Shown: piece after piece, positions 12,911 to 24,400 of the stretch
Layout of the letters: each line of letters begins with the position of its first letter
How positions within the stretch are numbered: the stretch's first letter is position 1
DNA from: Diadema antillarum
Taxonomy: Eukaryota
Direction of reading: 5' to 3'
Assembly (NCBI RefSeq): GCF_040938485.1
Contig: NW_027271550.1
Span: forward strand, 1,116,001 to 1,180,000
Length of the DNA: 64,000 bases
Made by a program: the position numbers and the translations under genes
Notes under the pieces: generated by a model
What the model saw: the letters and a program-made list of their open reading frames with translations, nothing else
The model's database searches: none
Told to the model about the DNA's origin: nothing

Positions 12911-14395
12911 ATGACCTTTCACCTGTCATTCTGCCTTGCCCCTTCCAAAAAAAGAAAGGCATTACAGAGCAACGTAATCTTCAATATGACATGTTTATTG
13001 TGCTTTGATTAGATGCTGTTTCAAAATGTTGGGCTTTATTATTTTTTTTCTTGGTAAAGCATCACTATTAAGCATTTTCCATATTTGGCACGGATTTGCC
13101 CAGTCTGAATAGGCTATGTTATACAATCTGTGACCAGATTTGGGAATCTGTCTTTTATTTGGAAAACAGTCTGCTTGTCGGGGTAGTAATACACAAGAAG
13201 AAAATACTGGAAGGAAATACCAGTTTGATATTGCACAATGTCATACTGTGTCTCACACAGTCATTGTCCTAGCCTCTGTAGGGTAGAATGAGCTTACAGA
13301 TGACAATATTAGTTTTCAGGGTCATGTTCTTAATCAGGTCAGCTTAGTATTGTCTGAATTTACACATCCTTGTTGGTATATCACTGAAATGAATTAAAAG
13401 TGTCCGTTGCAGTGGTTGCCTATTTTCCATGGGTATATTCTCACCGGCAGATATTTTGGCAACATATGGAAATAAAGCTGCCCAACACCCATGTATATTG
13501 ATAGAGGTATTGGCGGCCAGTTATTGCAGTTTCTCTTATTTGAGCCAAAGACAGTGAAGAATGACCACCGATTATTTTTAAGTTGAATTGCCATCTATTA
13601 ATGTCCCCTGAGTTTGACCTGCATTTTTTAAAACCCTGCCGTAAGGATGGGTCAATCGATCAAGATTGGACTCTATACCTTGCAGATGCTGGTATATTTG
13701 GTGGTTTACACAACGTGGGATTTTGGATGTGGGATATATCAAATTTCAGACCAGCTTAAGTGAGGAAAAGGTGTGCTGTTGTCATTAGCCTGATAAAGAA
13801 CTCTACCAGTAGGCAACACATTGCCAGCAAGTGTCTGAAATCTTAAGCTAATATTCATTTATTTCTATCGTATTAAAGTTTCCCCAATTGTTTTTATGAT
13901 TGTATTTTAATGACAGTTCAGGCTCAGGCAGGTCTTTGAAATCATTCACTCTCCATTTTCTTTTTGTGGTTTTATTAAATTTCAGTCTGCGCTTTTACGT
14001 CTTGTCTGTTTCAGCAAATGCAGTGACAGACATCAATTAAACAATGCCTGCTGAAGTAAAAGACATTATTTTACAGGGAATAAGATATTTAGGTTCTTGA
14101 GTCTCTTTGCAACTCTGAAAATTAGATTTCTTTCATAAGTAAGCTGGTATGTTGTAGAGATAGGTCATACTTCCGACCTTTCCTCAGCATAATAAACTGA
14201 AGGCTTCTTTATGATGGAGGAGGAATAGGTACTATACATTTCCAGTGAATTTATTCAGACCCCAACAAAATTCCAATGTCATTCTAAATCTTGGTACAGA
14301 ACAGGAATGCCTTCTTAGTGAGATGGTGATGGGGTTAGTTTTTTAATTTCATTTCTAAAAACTGAGGTACAGTGTATATTACCATTATATTTCAT

Positions 14396-14513
14396 ATGCA
14401 ATGTTGGGGCACATCATTCTTTAACCATGCAAAATTTTGTGACGTTTGTAAAAGGGATATACAACATGTAAAGGTGCTGGGCCCATGTACAAAATCAAGA
14501 AAGCCAAATCTTG
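14396..14513 (+). CDS. Candidate further SYT first exon (MQCWGTSFFNHAKFCDVCK...KPNL)
   Basis: ATG-led 39-codon frame with 4 Cys ending at a strong phase-1 donor TTG|GTGAGA; composition is less coding-like than exons 1-4. Confidence 0.3.
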
Positions 14514-14564
14514 GTGAGATGGTGTGGAACCATGGTACCATAAGTCTGAATCTACATGTTGTAA

Positions 14565-15122
14565 GACCCCGTTTACAGTGCGGGGCTGGGCTGAGCCATG
14601 GCCGAGCCCAGCCTCAATTGCGGGGCCAAGCCCCGCAATTTTGTCTGTTTACACTGCCGGGCTCGGCCGCACTTTTAATTCAAACCTTCCAATATTTTGT
14701 TGTAGTGGCGCTCTGCTTGCTAAACAAACGCAATTTGGTATAGTCTGGTTTTCAGACCCTTTGCCAACTGGATTCCGTGGCGACAAAGTCGCCGTTCGGG
14801 CAAAGGCCTTTGCTAAAGGAAAAATACTTTGCAGGACGAAACCACCTTAAACTATACTAGTTTTCGACGTTGAGGGGGTTAATATCCTGAATAACGAAAT
14901 AGTATGGGCAGAGGGTTTGGAAGCCAGACTAAAATTGGCCATGCATTTGGCCCAGTTTGGGTTTGCACCGAGAAAAGGTCGGGCTCGGGCCACGGCCGAG
15001 ACCACCTCCAGAACGAGGCCTATTGCGGGGCCAATTTTGGCCCTGCATTTGGCCTTTTGCATGTTTACACTGAAGCGGGGCTGGGCCAAGCCGCGGCCGA
15101 GCCTCGCACTGTAAACGGGGTC
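14565..15122. mobile_element. GC-rich Harbinger-like MITE
   Basis: GACCCCGTTTACAGTGCG / CGCACTGTAAACGGGGTC TIRs with internal GTTTACAC sub-repeats. Confidence 0.75.
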
Positions 15123-15721
15123 CAGGTCTCCAGTATTCTGCTGGAGGCGCACTGCAAACGTTAACTGTCAAAACAAACTGGCAAAAGAACAAAGAGTCAA
15201 AGCCCTCTTGACTTGGGTATCGTTATTACCAATTGGGGTTCATATAACTTTGAATCTCCTTGATTACTGTGTGATATTGCTGTGTGATGTATGAATGCTG
15301 GTAGCCCTACTCATAGATTAAGAGTGATAGCTACATAGCCAGGGATGGTTCCATGATGGCCCTTTACTTGATCTATGTAAGGCTGAAAAAGAAAAAAAAA
15401 GTACATGTGTATTCAAAATTTGTCTTCCCTACATCAAGAGTGGTAATGCCGAGAGAAGGACAGAGACTGGATAATACTCGTGTGCATAGTGTACTTTGCC
15501 AGGATGGCCCAATTTAGCCTGAATTTTGTCAAATGTTTGAGAGCTATGCACCCTTGTGAATAAAGAAGTATGATTCTCATCATTGTATAGATATATGTAC
15601 CATCTAGACTTCCAGCTCAGTATTCCTTGTGGGAGGCTATGAAGAACTTGTAATAGATACTGAGACCAAAAAGAGACTCAGCGTGTGACAATCTTACCCT
15701 CTGTCCCATATTTAAAAGAAA

Positions 15722-15753
<32 letters not shown>

Positions 15754-15823
15754 AGAAATTGTGTCATTTTTACTGTCATCTTCTCATCAGTAGATATCAA
15801 ACTACTGTATTTTATCATACAAA

Positions 15824-16159
15824 CTTTGTGACATGTAACTTTATGACAGTTGTACTGCCTAAGGATTTAGTTTGACACCCATCTGATACCACGCTTTGTG
15901 ACATGTGACTTTATGACAATTGTACTGCCTGACAATTTAGTTTGACACCCATCTGATACCACGCTTTTTGACATGTGACTGTATGACAATTGTACTGCTT
16001 AACGATTTAGTTTGACATCCATCTGATACCACGCTTTGTGACATGTGACTTTATGACAATTGTACTGCCAAACGATTTAGTTTGACACCCATCTGCACGC
16101 TTTGTGACATGTGACTGTATGGGAATTGCACTACCTGACAATTTAGTTTGACACCCATC
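15824..16159. repeat. 70-bp minisatellite, about 5 copies
   Basis: Unit marker tatgaca recurs at 15841, 15911, 15981 and 16051. Confidence 0.9.
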
Positions 16160-17088
16160 CCTGCAGCATCCATTTCTAGCTGTCCCTGGGGCTGTTTTAG
16201 TTTTTTTTTTCTTTGTAAAATACTGCAACTTTCTGATGGTAGGATAGCACATTACCCAATAATCCAAAATGACAATACGCCTTTATCTGATGACCCATGC
16301 AATTAATTTACCACTTCACATAGCGTGGATAAACAGGAAATCCTTGTTGTCCTTTTTATCCATCATTTTTGATTTTTTTTTTCCTTTCCTCATCATCATT
16401 GTACTAATATACCACCACCACTTTATTCTCTATTATCTGTATCTTCTTTTGCTTTTTCTTTTCCTGTTTTTTCACCGTATTCACCATTTCTGTTGTCTCT
16501 GTGACAAAAGATGCCCAGCTGCTGTCCTTGAGATTATGTCTTATGATTAAGAATTGAAAGCTTTTCCGGTACTGTCTTTGAGGATATGCCCTATGATTAA
16601 GAGTCTAAAGATTGTCAGGTACTGCCCCCTAAGAATACAATTGAGAGTCTTAAATGAAAAGAGTAAGATTGAAATGATATGATATCACTTCATGTCAGAA
16701 GAACAAATGACGTGCAAGCTATGAATGACTGTTTTGATTGCTGGTTTAGTCTTGTGACATCGGAAGCAGCATTGTGACATAATGGTCGTATCATGCATGC
16801 TTTTCTTACATAATATTTTCAAGAAACTGTGTCTGCATTGCACTTTTCATAGAATTGATATACTTCAAGGTTAAGAAATGTACAATCAGTCTAATGCATC
16901 ATTTTGGGGAAAAGTTATCATTTTGTGATCATTGACATAACATGCAAATGTCTGTGCTGCTAAGTTTTTACTTGTCACCTTTATTTCACTCTCTTTTTGT
17001 TGAGAACCCCCTAACTAATTAGTGCTACAATATTTCAGTATGAAATCACCTCCATATCATTCCAGTGCCAGAGTAACAAAATTCAGTC

Positions 17089-17184
17089 TTAACCCGTTGG
17101 AGGATGGACTGATTTTGCTATATAGCATGCATTTCCCATAGACACCTGCCCGAGTATTCTCGGAACTCGTCCTCAATGGGTTAA
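17089..17184. mobile_element. ~93-bp piggyBac-like MITE
   Basis: TTAACCC...GGGTTAA; further degenerate copies at about 26404-26489 and 44171-44268. Confidence 0.75.
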
Positions 17185-17258
17185 GATACCTTTCATATCA
17201 ACCCCCCCCATGATGTAATCGAAGCAAGTAAATAGGGAAAGGAGAACACAGAGATAAT

Positions 17259-17640
17259 AGGGAGCTTTGGATTTTAGACGCGCGGACGTTCAAAGGAAAA
17301 AAACATGCTCTGAGCGTGCGCAGAAGCGTGCGTCAAGTCGATTTATTTTTAGCTTGCATCGCGTGAGTTTTTCGCTTCGCGTACTGGGCTTTTTTTACGT
17401 CGGCACAGTTTGCAAAGTAGAGAACTACTTCATATGCCGATCATATGGGGGCGCCATTTTATTTTTTATACACCTGTACGTTTCGTCCCAGCGTAATCTA
17501 AAGCTACTTTTCAACGCAACGCGGGGGAGAGGAGAACGTCCAGCGCACTCGTCGTCTCAAACGTACAGCGCACTCGTCGTCTCAAACGTCCAGCGCACCC
17601 GTCGTCTCAAACGTCCGCGCGTCAAAATCTAAAGCTCCCT
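17259..17640. mobile_element. MITE with AGGGAGCTTT TIRs and 3 x 25-bp subterminal repeats
   Basis: Inverted ends, AAT flanks on both sides, tandem AACGTCCAGCGCACTCGTCGTCTCA at 17535-17609. Confidence 0.8.
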
Positions 17641-17885
17641 AATACTATTGATGCCAACGATTAATGATAATCTTATTGCTCCATATTGGTATACCTACCT
17701 AGCATGTCCTATCTCAGTTTATTATCAATATTATCCATGCTTGTATTATTTTCCAGTGTACTGATGATATATCTAATACATGTACACTGTAAGTTGCCAT
17801 CTTTGGTCTCTAAGAGTGTGCAAGCACTTTAGATCTCACCTTTCTTTTCCCCACACACTTTGATAAATAACCTGATCCACACTTG

Positions 17886-18462
17886 TTAAAGGACAAGTTC
17901 ACCTTCATAAACACAAGGATTGAGAAAATGCAACAATATTAGTAGAACACATCAGTGAAAGTTTGAGGAAAATTGGACAATCGATGCAAAAGTTATGCAT
18001 TTTTTAAATTTTTGTGTTGGAACCGCTGGATGAGGAGACTACTACAGCTTGTGAGTCATATGCGTACAACAGTATAAAGAAAATATAAAAGAAAATTCAA
18101 CATATTTTCACTTTTTTCGCATAATAAAAGAGCAATTGACTTGCCTCTTTCTAAAGGCAGGGGGAATAATATTGCCCATAACATTTATCGGTAACGAGTC
18201 AGGGGAATGTGTACTTTTTTCAAAAGATGGAATTTTGTGAAATTCTCTTTATATTTTCCTTATATTGTTGTACGCATGTGACATCTAAGTTATTCATACA
18301 CTGCAGTAGTCTTCTCATCCAGCGGGTACTGCACAAAAACTTCAAAAATTCATAACTTTTGAACGGATTGTCTGATTTTCCTCAAATTTTCAATGATGTG
18401 TTCTACTAATATTGCTACATTCTCTCAATCCTTATGTTTATGAAGGTGAACTTGTCCTTTAA
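17886..18462. mobile_element. TTAA-AGG MITE (Kolobok/T2-like), copy 2, inverted relative to copy 1
   Basis: Same TIRs; the internal segment is the reverse complement of copy 1. Confidence 0.85.
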
Positions 18463-20471
18463 TGTTAGAAACTGCAAAAAAAAAAAAAAACCAAGGACAA
18501 AACTTCACTGCTTTGATCAATATCAGTTTTGAAAGTTTATAAAGTATCATGTTTCAGCACTTCAGACATATGTCTAGGAGTGATGAAGATGAATACCAAA
18601 ATAAAAAGGGGGTGCTTCGCCTTGTAAAAGCTACAGGAGTATTCAAGAGGCATAAACTTTTCCACGTAAATGCTCTGAGAGTCTTGATTCATCACCTCAA
18701 TATGGAAAGTACCATGCGACCATAATCTATGACCCTTCATGTTTATCATATTTGTGTTGGTACCACAACTCCTCATACCAGATTACATGCTCTCTGCACA
18801 GTGTTGCGGAAGTCCTCTATTCAGGAGCATATGTGCCCAGTGATTTTCTGATGTAGATCCGATATGCTTCTGTAGGGCACTAAGTAGTTTGACTCAACAA
18901 TGCATGTTCCCTTTACTCTTTTTTTACTCATGTATGAATCTAGGTATTTGTTATTTTTCTACTTGATTGTATGTATTCATTTATTTATCAATTTATCAAT
19001 ACATCAAGAAGAGTCAAAATTTGTGGCCCATTATGAAATTTAAACTCTAACTGTAACATATTTTACTTATGTATGTGTGTTTAATGCCATTATCGATCGC
19101 ATTATCACACACAAGCAAGCATGCAGGCAGCAAACTTTTCATTAATCTATTCATCGCAATGCCTGAATGGCAGGTAAATGCAGCAGTGATAATCATTGTC
19201 ACAGGTTAAAATCTATATGGGATACAATATTGGTGGCTGTTGGCCACATAAAACAGGTGACTGCTCTACACAGGGTCTTTGACATGACTTTTCTTCGGGG
19301 GAGGAAGGATTTTTTTTTTTTGTGGCCATATATGGCAGGTAGGTGCTAGGGGAGGTTTGACTGTATTCGAAACGTGACATAAAGTTTGTGGAGAATGATT
19401 ATAGAAGTACAGAAATAAATCAATCTCTCTGAGGTAATTTGTAGGGCCTCCCTAAGTCTCATGATACATTTGTACACTTTGTCCACTATCTTTTTGATTC
19501 AAAGAATGTCATAGAATATCAACTTGGGTTTTTTTAAGTTGCTACAAGTGCATTGTACTGAATTAGCTCCATAGTAGTGTTGATCTGAACAGTGTGGGCG
19601 TTCTGCTTGCAAACTACTATTGAGGCAGAGACAGAGTGCTTTATAAGGATATAAAAATTGAATCAAGCTAGAAGACAAATTATAGGTTGCTTTAATGTCG
19701 ATGAATCACATCAGTAGACATTAATCTATTATATCCTTATAGTAATACCCTTTGGTAAATGACATGGCCACACACTGGGACCATGTTCACATAATCTCTC
19801 GCAAGAAATGCTCATTTTTTCTGACAATGCAACTCTGTTGTTGTTGTTGTGTTTTAAAGAAAGTAGAGAGAGAGAAAACTGTAACTTTGCAACACTATGA
19901 AAAGGAAGTGATGAAAAAGATGAGATAACTTTCATCCATATCTTCATTGAATAAACTTGGACCTGACCTTTCTCCAAGACTTTTTACTACCAAGATGTGA
20001 GAGACCAGGGAGTGGCTTGGAAGCAAGGCTAGCAACATTCACCACTGAGATTCACTGTGTCTGTCCTTCGGGTGCTTTAAAGGGAACGGGAGGGGGGGGG
20101 GGGGAATGAGAGCAGCTCTGTCCAGGCAAGTCTTTGTGTTGCAATTCTTATGAATTTGAAAGAGCAAGATGCCAGAATCTGATGTGAAATAGCTCCTTTT
20201 GTATGGGATTGAAGTGAAGCGTTCAGTCCACCTCAACTATCCATCCACCCATACAAAACTTCTCTCCACACTCTTCGCCCCTTTCACAGTGCCTTTGGAG
20301 ATTGCTTAAATCCACAGCAGGGTCACTGAAGTGTGCAACTCTGGCAAGACTGCAGTCATTATTCTCGCCAGATTGCGCTCGCTCAACAGTGTCGCTCGCG
20401 CGTCCCTGGCCGAAGCGAGTGTTGAAGTTTGCAAAAGAATGGCATGTGATTCTTTCTTTCCTGCCCAATGA

Positions 20472-20523
20472 ATGTGTTCGTACAAAGGCAAAAAAAGGAG
20501 AACCCACTGCAATGGAACTGTTG
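20472..20523 (+). CDS. Candidate short SYT first exon (MCSYKGKKRRTHCNGTV), or a 5'UTR exon
   Basis: End of a GC-rich exon-like patch (about 20290-20523) with strong donor TTG|GTAAGA, phase 1 for this ATG; upstream out-of-frame ATGs are present. Confidence 0.3.
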
Positions 20524-21124
20524 GTAAGAGAGACTACATGTATTGCCTACGGATAGGCCTGTATGAACCACTTGTGCCTTTCTACGTTTAGCAACAGTAC
20601 TCTACAGTAAGGAGTTGGAGCCGTGTGATTTTGTTATTGCTTGTTGTTGTTCTTGATGGAGTCCTGTCTACCAGCAAATGTTCGACAAGAGCAGTTCTCA
20701 TGTTTTCTCTCTACAGCGGAGAGTGGCTTCATTTGGGTCAGAGGTTTTGCAGCAAGTGGTCGTAGGTGAAACATGCACCACTTACTTGAGTTAACAGGTG
20801 TGCCTGTGTTGTCTTCCATAGAAACATTCTGAAGTGATCACCTCATACCCAGCCTTTTCAGCCACTGTGAATAAAGGATGGCATACCTGGTACTTGGACT
20901 ATGCCCCCACTATTTGACTTTCCGTCTGGTGTTTAGCATGGACTGACAGCACTATTAGGACCGGCATATTCTTTGGAAATTTATTTCTCTGCATTGGAAG
21001 TGCATGTCATATGTGAATTGGAGTGTGTGTGATAGACCCCCTTCATCAATCGCTGCACTGTACATATCTGACAAGTGGTCACCTTGTGTCTTTGGCCATC
21101 GCCGAGGCTGTACAGGCGGTCGCG

Positions 21125-21446
21125 ATGGGCTCTCTACTGTGCCTCAAACTTTGCCCGGGGTTTCTCCCTTTCTTTGGGTCAATGCCCCGGACAACCGACG
21201 CGGACGCCACCACCTCTGAGGATGGCAAAGAGAGCAACGGCAACGTCATCAAGGATGATGCCGTGGAGATGTGTGACTCCGGCGTGTCTGACAGCATCCA
21301 AAAGGCAGACAGCTTGCAGGGGAGCAAAAGTGATGTGAGATCGGTTGTTTCGGAGGCACGGAGTGGGGGTGGCTCCTTGGTGAATGGATCAGTAGCAGTG
21401 CAGCCTGTATTGGAAGAGTCCATGGAGTCAGCACCTTTGGAAAATG
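21125..21446 (+). CDS. SYT14/SYT16: SYT14/16 alternative first coding exon 4 (MGSLLCLKLCPG...SAPLEN)
   Basis: GC-rich ORF; in-frame joining requires the GC donor AATG|GCAAGT (phase 1); the unspliced ORF stops 8 nt later. Confidence 0.7.
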
Positions 21447-24400
21447 GCAAGTAATTTCCGGAGCATCCAAAGGCAATTATATTTTACCTTGATGAATAGT
21501 CTTAAAGGAATGCTACACCTGCTGCCATACATGCACTGAAACTCTCCAGGTCATGCTTGCCACCATTACTTCCCCACCCACCCTCCCCCCCCCCTCCACC
21601 CCCCCCCCAAAAAAAAGAAAGAGAGAGAGAGAGAGAATAAGAGATGAGAAAAGAAGGGGTTAATTTGTTCTCAGGCTCTATTCCAACTTTGCTACCATGC
21701 TGATCATTAAAAGATTTAATTTGAAGGAAAGATGTCTTCCCGTAGATGACAATTGTGTTTGTGTCAATTGTACCCATGTTAGGATGATGTCATGTTTTGT
21801 TTTTATTTTTGTTTTTGGGCTTTTTTTTACATTTGATTTGTTGGTTATTTGTTTTTAATTCAGATGACTGCAGTCTTGAAAAGGACATTCAGTGTTCTCT
21901 TTGCACCCAAAGTAGTTGTTTTGATTTTTAGGGTGTGTGCCATTCAGGTCTGAATGTCTAATGACTTAAGGAAAAAAACCTAATAGTCTATACCATCAAG
22001 GAAAATGCATTTATATCAATTTATTCATAATTACTATAGCAAGTATAAAGCATGTATTTCAAATGTAGGTTTTACAAGACTGGGATACATGTTTATTCAG
22101 TGAGATCCTTCAATGGTGTTCTACAATTGGTGATATTAATAGAGTGATCATGTCATCTTTGATAGAATTATAGTAACAGCAAATACAAGATGGTTGCATT
22201 TGGCCCATTTCCAGCTAATCCATACAAGTAACCAGTTTTTAAAAAAGAAACCTGAGATTCCAATTTGTTACATCAGTATATGAAGCCTTCCCTTCAAAGA
22301 ACCATACATATGTGTCTCAAGTTTTATGGTGTGATATGCCTCACTGCACATTTCACCAAGGTTGTAGCATGAAAGTGTCCTCTTTGACAAGATTAAAATT
22401 AACACTAAAATGCAAGGTGATAGCATTTGACCCCTTTCCAGTTGAAGGTTCAGTACCGGTATCAAGTTTTACAGATACCTGTGACTCTAATTTATTACAT
22501 CAGTGTATGAAGGCTTCCCTTCAAAGAACAATACATGTGTATCATGTTTTATGGTGTGGTTTTTTATTGTTGTTGTTGTTGTTGTTTTTGCCTCACTGCA
22601 CATTTCACAAAGATGATGAATGAAAATATGAGGGATTGATGAATGAGATACGAATTAATGGACGTGAGCGGTATGTGGCCCAGTGCTACCATCTCGATAA
22701 CCACTCTCTCTTTTGCATGGCACTTCAAAATGCACTTACTAACTCTTCTCTCATAAACAGCAAAAGATTGGAACATACTGCCAAGCAATATCAAACAGAT
22801 CCGAAATTTTTACACATTTAAAGATGCGCTGTAGACAGTGTCCCTTCTGTTGTGATTAGCTACACATTACAGCCTTGAACCTTGAATGAGTAATCCCTGC
22901 AGCAGCTCAGGACTAGAAAGCTAAACTGGGATGGACTGAGCAATGGTGACACTGGCTGATGGTGCTTTTAAGTGCTTTCACTATTTACAATAAAATAAAA
23001 TAGAACTGTGTGAGTGAAGATGGAAAGGTGTCTAGTATGTCCCAGTCCAAACCCTTTGGTGATACCTTAAAACCACCCTGTACATGTATGTGGCAACTGT
23101 GGTAAGAGTTCCTTTTGTACCCCTATCAGCAAATGACTTTTAAAAAAGAGAGAAGATAACATACATTGCAGGAAATTATTTTTCCAGCCATGGATATTTA
23201 TTGCTTACCATGATGAAAAACTATAAAAAAAAATGGGATCTACATGTACTTGGGATTCCAGAATCCTATGACTAGGATGAGGCTTTGGGTTATTATGTGA
23301 GATAATATTTCTGTTATCATAATGTTCCTCTCTAAAATATCATTCCAGATTTTAACCCACTCCCCCCTCCTTGAAACTGTACAAAAGCCATCTTCCAGAA
23401 TGTTGGAATAGAGCACAAAAACCCCACATACATAATATACATGTACACACACTTTTCTGGGGGTACAAAGGAAATGCTTTCATGCCAAGGGGACCAGAGA
23501 ATGGACTGCTAAGCATGTTTTGGCTGTCTCTCCTTCGTCTTTTATATCGATCTCTTCCTGTCTGTATTGTTCACTTTTGAGAATCTGAAGGAGTGTAGTA
23601 CGATTATGTTTGGTGACAGGACAGTTTGAGTCCATGGTTCATAAACTTAAGGAACTTTTCCTTTCACAGGAGGTACTCACCTAGATCGTTTTCCCTTTGC
23701 TGTTCTTCATTGTGTTCAATTTTCTTTTTAAGAGGGAGGAAAGGGGTATGGGATATGAAACAAGGTAGTGAGATGTTAAAGAGATTGAAATCAGAAAGAA
23801 GATCAAATAGATAAACAGAATAGAATGCTTGATAGAAGCATTTGTAGGAAAGAGACAGATTTGCACTTTTGAGAGGTACATGTACTGTATAAACCATTAA
23901 ATTATAGAAAGAAAAAAAGAAACTGTGGCAGGTTGTTTCATGTAAAATAATTAGAGTTGGCATTGAATTTAAGCAAATTAAAGCTTCATAATGCTTTAAC
24001 TGTCTGTGCACCTAGATGCATATTGCAGGTTAATGGTACATATTGTCGAACATGCTAATGAAAAAGTTTTTGGATACCCATACACAAAGAAGAGGGCCAG
24101 TGTAGTACAGTCAAATAGTCATAGGCTTGTTCTCTCTCCCTGCTGTGTGAGCTAGCTGTTGAATTGAATTGTCTGGTGAGTAGGGCATTTGTATTCTAGT
24201 ATTCTTGTTTGTTTTGATCTGTCTAGCTCTTTTGCTTGTTCAGTGGTGATTGGGGTGGGGGGGGGGGTGGGGGTGGTAAGCGACATAATTTTGAAAGATG
24301 TGTGGGCATTAGTGGTACAGCAGTCAAGGTAGATGTCAAGGTTTTCTGTTTTTAGGGGCCTAGCCTTTGCAGTTTGGAAAACTAAAAGCAGTGGTAGTAG

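Noticed and set aside
16269-16550. Hydrophobic ORF followed by CCLC, a possible SYT transmembrane exon
   Set aside because: Low-complexity T-rich intronic sequence, no usable donor, no resemblance to the SYT14 TM segment.
19167-19340. Two ATGGCAG|GT phase-1 donor-like sites
   Set aside because: Two-codon frames in AT-rich context; expected by chance.
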